Positions 61,545-64,000 of a stretch of DNA of 64,000 nt are shown in pieces. Positions within the stretch are counted from its first letter, which is position 1, and every line of letters starts with the position of its first letter. A program made the translations under genes and the position numbers. This DNA is from Paraphysomonas bandaiensis. Its lineage: Eukaryota > Protista > Chrysophyceae. The notes beneath the pieces were generated by a model. It made no database searches and was not told the DNA's origin. It saw nothing but the letters and a program-made list of their open reading frames with translations. The stretch covers positions 248,001 through 312,000 of the forward strand of contig CBFFRP010000432.1 in the NCBI GenBank assembly GCA_965644295.1. Direction: 5' to 3'.

Positions 61545-62225
61545 ATTTCACCAGGTTTTACATCAAAACCCAGGTTTTGGTATTACCTCGACTTAGGCCC
61601 ACCACAAGGGCATCCGTGGATCCGGGGTATTAGACTACCTGCTGAAGTCAAACATCCGGGCATTACACTTTTAGGAATCAAACTCCTGAAGTCGGCAGGT
61701 GTCGGGTATATATCAAAATTCTGCTTGCTCACTGCGTTTGATTTGAGTGATAGACGCAAGTGGGTGCACCTTAGTGCTTGCGGTGACACATGAGTAGATT
61801 TATTAGCGTTCAATAGTGCCTATTGCTAATAATAAGCCATTCACAACGATAGACTGAAACTATTACAACACAAAGTGCCCCATTCCGACAGTGTGTTCAT
61901 GGTATGGGCTCGCTAGTACACCCATCTACCCTTATACCAACGTAGCTGACAGCACAGCTCTCGTGCAAATTCTGTTGCCGCTCCACACGTGTTCACCTTC
62001 GCTATGCATGACTTATACATGTAATTGGCGCGGATTCTAACAAAGCCATGATGTTCAACTTACCAGTAGTGAATGTCTTGTTTTCTAATAGGCGTCTAAG
62101 AGTCGTTCATCTTTCCATCACCAAACAAAGATTACGCGGAGCTTCTTGTAATCATGCATGACACAGTATAGGCCTATAGCACAGCTTTGGCTGAGATTCT
62201 CCTCCCCCAGAATGCACCGGGATTT
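61545..62225. repeat. Dispersed repeat family copy (inverted relative to 43325-43680; direct to 44995-45150)
   Basis: CTGCTTGCTCACTGCGTTTGATTTGAGTGATAGA at ~61721 is the exact reverse complement of ~43448-43481. Shares GGTATTACCTCGACTT with 44213 and 54957 (reverse complement). Confidence 0.85.
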
Positions 62226-62528
62226 TATTAACAGTCTATACATTGCTTAGTTTAATTAACTCCAGCAATTTACTAGGGCACGCCCTCGGAAAGGGGCACT
62301 AATCGTTGGAAGGAGTACTCAAATCTTTGATTATTAAGTATCAACAAAACAGAAGTCATTCAGCCTTAAGCCTACTCAGAACTGATAAAATAACCTTCAT
62401 TTATACACAGCAATCCTCACACAATAACCCTGGTAGAATATGATCGAAATCTGGCGAAATTTCGGAAAGGTTATATTTAAGCTTATACTCAATTATTATG
62501 GTGATATTCACACAAATTTTATTATATC

Positions 62529-63812
62529 TTACGTGCTCAACTCCTTTTCTACAACATTCGCAATACTATCCCATAACGGTAACCACAGCAAAGGCCCATG
62601 ACAATAGTGCGTACAATCTAAAGGTATCGTATGCAAATCATGCCTACCTGCAGTTATTCTGTAGAATTCCACAGTTTTAACAAGGGCATCCGTATCTATC
62701 TCCTTTAATATTTCTTGTACAATTCTGTTTCTCCAATTTTGGGTCTCATATGCTTCCCAGTCAGCAAGTGGAGCGCAACCAACTCGAATAGACTCTGCCA
62801 CTATCTTACTCTTGACTGTACTTCTCTTTCCACGACCCAATACCTTGGGCCCCATATGCGACACTAGGTTATTTAGATCTAACTTCAATTCGTTATTCAC
62901 GTGGCCTCGAGTTTCGTACAAGCCGTTGGGTGAGTAGAAATGCTGTGCAGATGTTTCACGGTAAATTAGCACGTCTCGGTGATGCTTAGCTATTTCAATG
63001 AGTGGAATAAAGAAGTTAGGGGCCACAACACGTAAGCTTTCCGGATTGCCCGAATGAAGTCCAGTATTGACGACAAATACAGTTCGCCCACCTCGAGATG
63101 TTGAGGTAAAACTGTGATTATAAAACTCTTCTTTCAATATATGATGCCAGTCATCTTTCTTTATATTATCATACATCAGCAAATGTATTGCAAAATAAGG
63201 CATCGCAGATGGTGTTTGATCAAATGGATCCCTGATATGAGCAGCAATATGATATGGCTTGGAACGGAATTGGTGAAAGCTATACGTTAAGCCAAACCGC
63301 TGAATACTACACGTGGCATCAAAGAAGTGTTGTTGGGTCATAGAATCTCCAATCAACACAAGAGTATTCGACTTGTGCGATCTCATCAGCTGAATAAGAT
63401 CCAATATGTTACGGGTTTCTGGCCAAGGCTTTGTCGTATGATATCTATACAATGCTCCCATTGTATTCGGACAAGCTTGGGTTAATCCCGTATCAAACAC
63501 TCTGCATGATCCCATGTTATCATCTACAGTATCCTTATACTCCTCACATGCACCTTTATCACGTATTTTACATATTTCATATGGTGTAAAGTAGTTTAAT
63601 GCATCACTAACAGATAATGGATACCAATCTCCAGCAAGGAAACCAGAGTTATTAGTAGATACAACGTATGGAAAGCCTTGAGTGGATCCCACGTGACCGA
63701 CACTGATATCATCACTATACGCCGCACACACCACAGCACACAGTAACACGAATATCACACAGAGACATGTGATCTTCTTTCCTGTATATAAGGATGTTAT
63801 TCTATTGTTCAT
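62529..63812 (-). CDS. SGNH/TBL-like (PC-esterase) polysaccharide O-acetyltransferase/esterase, intronless
   Basis: N-terminal hydrophobic anchor, LIGDSMTQQHF (GDS), VVNTGLH and DCTHYC (DxxH). Confidence 0.85.
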   Translation of the reverse strand: MNNRITSLYTGKKITCLCVIFVLLCAVVCAAYSDDISVGHVGSTQGFPYVVSTNNSGFLAGDWYPLSVSDALNYFTPYEICKIRDKGACEEYKDTVDDNMGSCRVFDTGLTQACPNTMGALYRYHTTKPWPETRNILDLIQLMRSHKSNTLVLIGDSMTQQHFFDATCSIQRFGLTYSFHQFRSKPYHIAAHIRDPFDQTPSAMPYFAIHLLMYDNIKKDDWHHILKEEFYNHSFTSTSRGGRTVFVVNTGLHSGNPESLRVVAPNFFIPLIEIAKHHRDVLIYRETSAQHFYSPNGLYETRGHVNNELKLDLNNLVSHMGPKVLGRGKRSTVKSKIVAESIRVGCAPLADWEAYETQNWRNRIVQEILKEIDTDALVKTVEFYRITAGRHDLHTIPLDCTHYCHGPLLWLPLWDSIANVVEKELST

Positions 63813-64000
63813 TGTACATTACTATTGAGATGTATGTATGTATGTATGTATGGTGGACTGTACCACTCTATGTATGTATGTACTTGACGATACTCTGCTG
63901 AGCATAGATAAACCACCTACATACTTATTAACCAATAGAATATAGATATATTGAATCCTGGCTATATGATAGGATAGTAGGGCTACTATGATTTGGTTGT

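Noticed and set aside
19206-63812. GT4, SulP, PAE and TBL-like genes as a polysaccharide biosynthetic cluster
   Set aside because: They are spread over 45 kb and interleaved with unrelated housekeeping genes.

Overview
Gene-dense eukaryotic nuclear DNA with short (~50-60 nt) GT-AG introns. A stramenopile such as a chrysophyte is my inference from PxxxP(S/T) repeats, an oomycete-type hAT and a membrane hybrid histidine kinase; it is not proven. Recognisable genes: RPL24, NAA25/MDM20, TGS1 carrying an SMN-type Tudor domain, a SulP/SLC26 transporter, a GT4 glycosyltransferase, a pectinacetylesterase-like hydrolase, an acyl-CoA-dehydrogenase-fold protein lacking its catalytic motif, a hybrid His kinase, a Zn-ADH, a PPR protein, a GDS/DxxH acetyltransferase-like protein, two EF-hand proteins, an ankyrin protein, and two identical convergent tRNA-Leu(AAG) genes. 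Mobile DNA: a dead hAT; a Copia derivative bounded by inverted LTR ends and a 5-bp TSD; a Copia with identical LTRs next to an inverted solo LTR; a tail-less LINE fragment with a 15-bp TSD inside a 3.2-kb satellite; and a shuffled dispersed repeat family. The strongest unexplained signals are a 233-bp tandem array of seven long hairpins with G.U bias and a compensatory base-pair swap (57182-57986), the TIR-bounded Copia derivative, the Tudor-TGS1 architecture and the ACAD pseudoenzyme. Exon boundaries were read by eye and no database searches were run.
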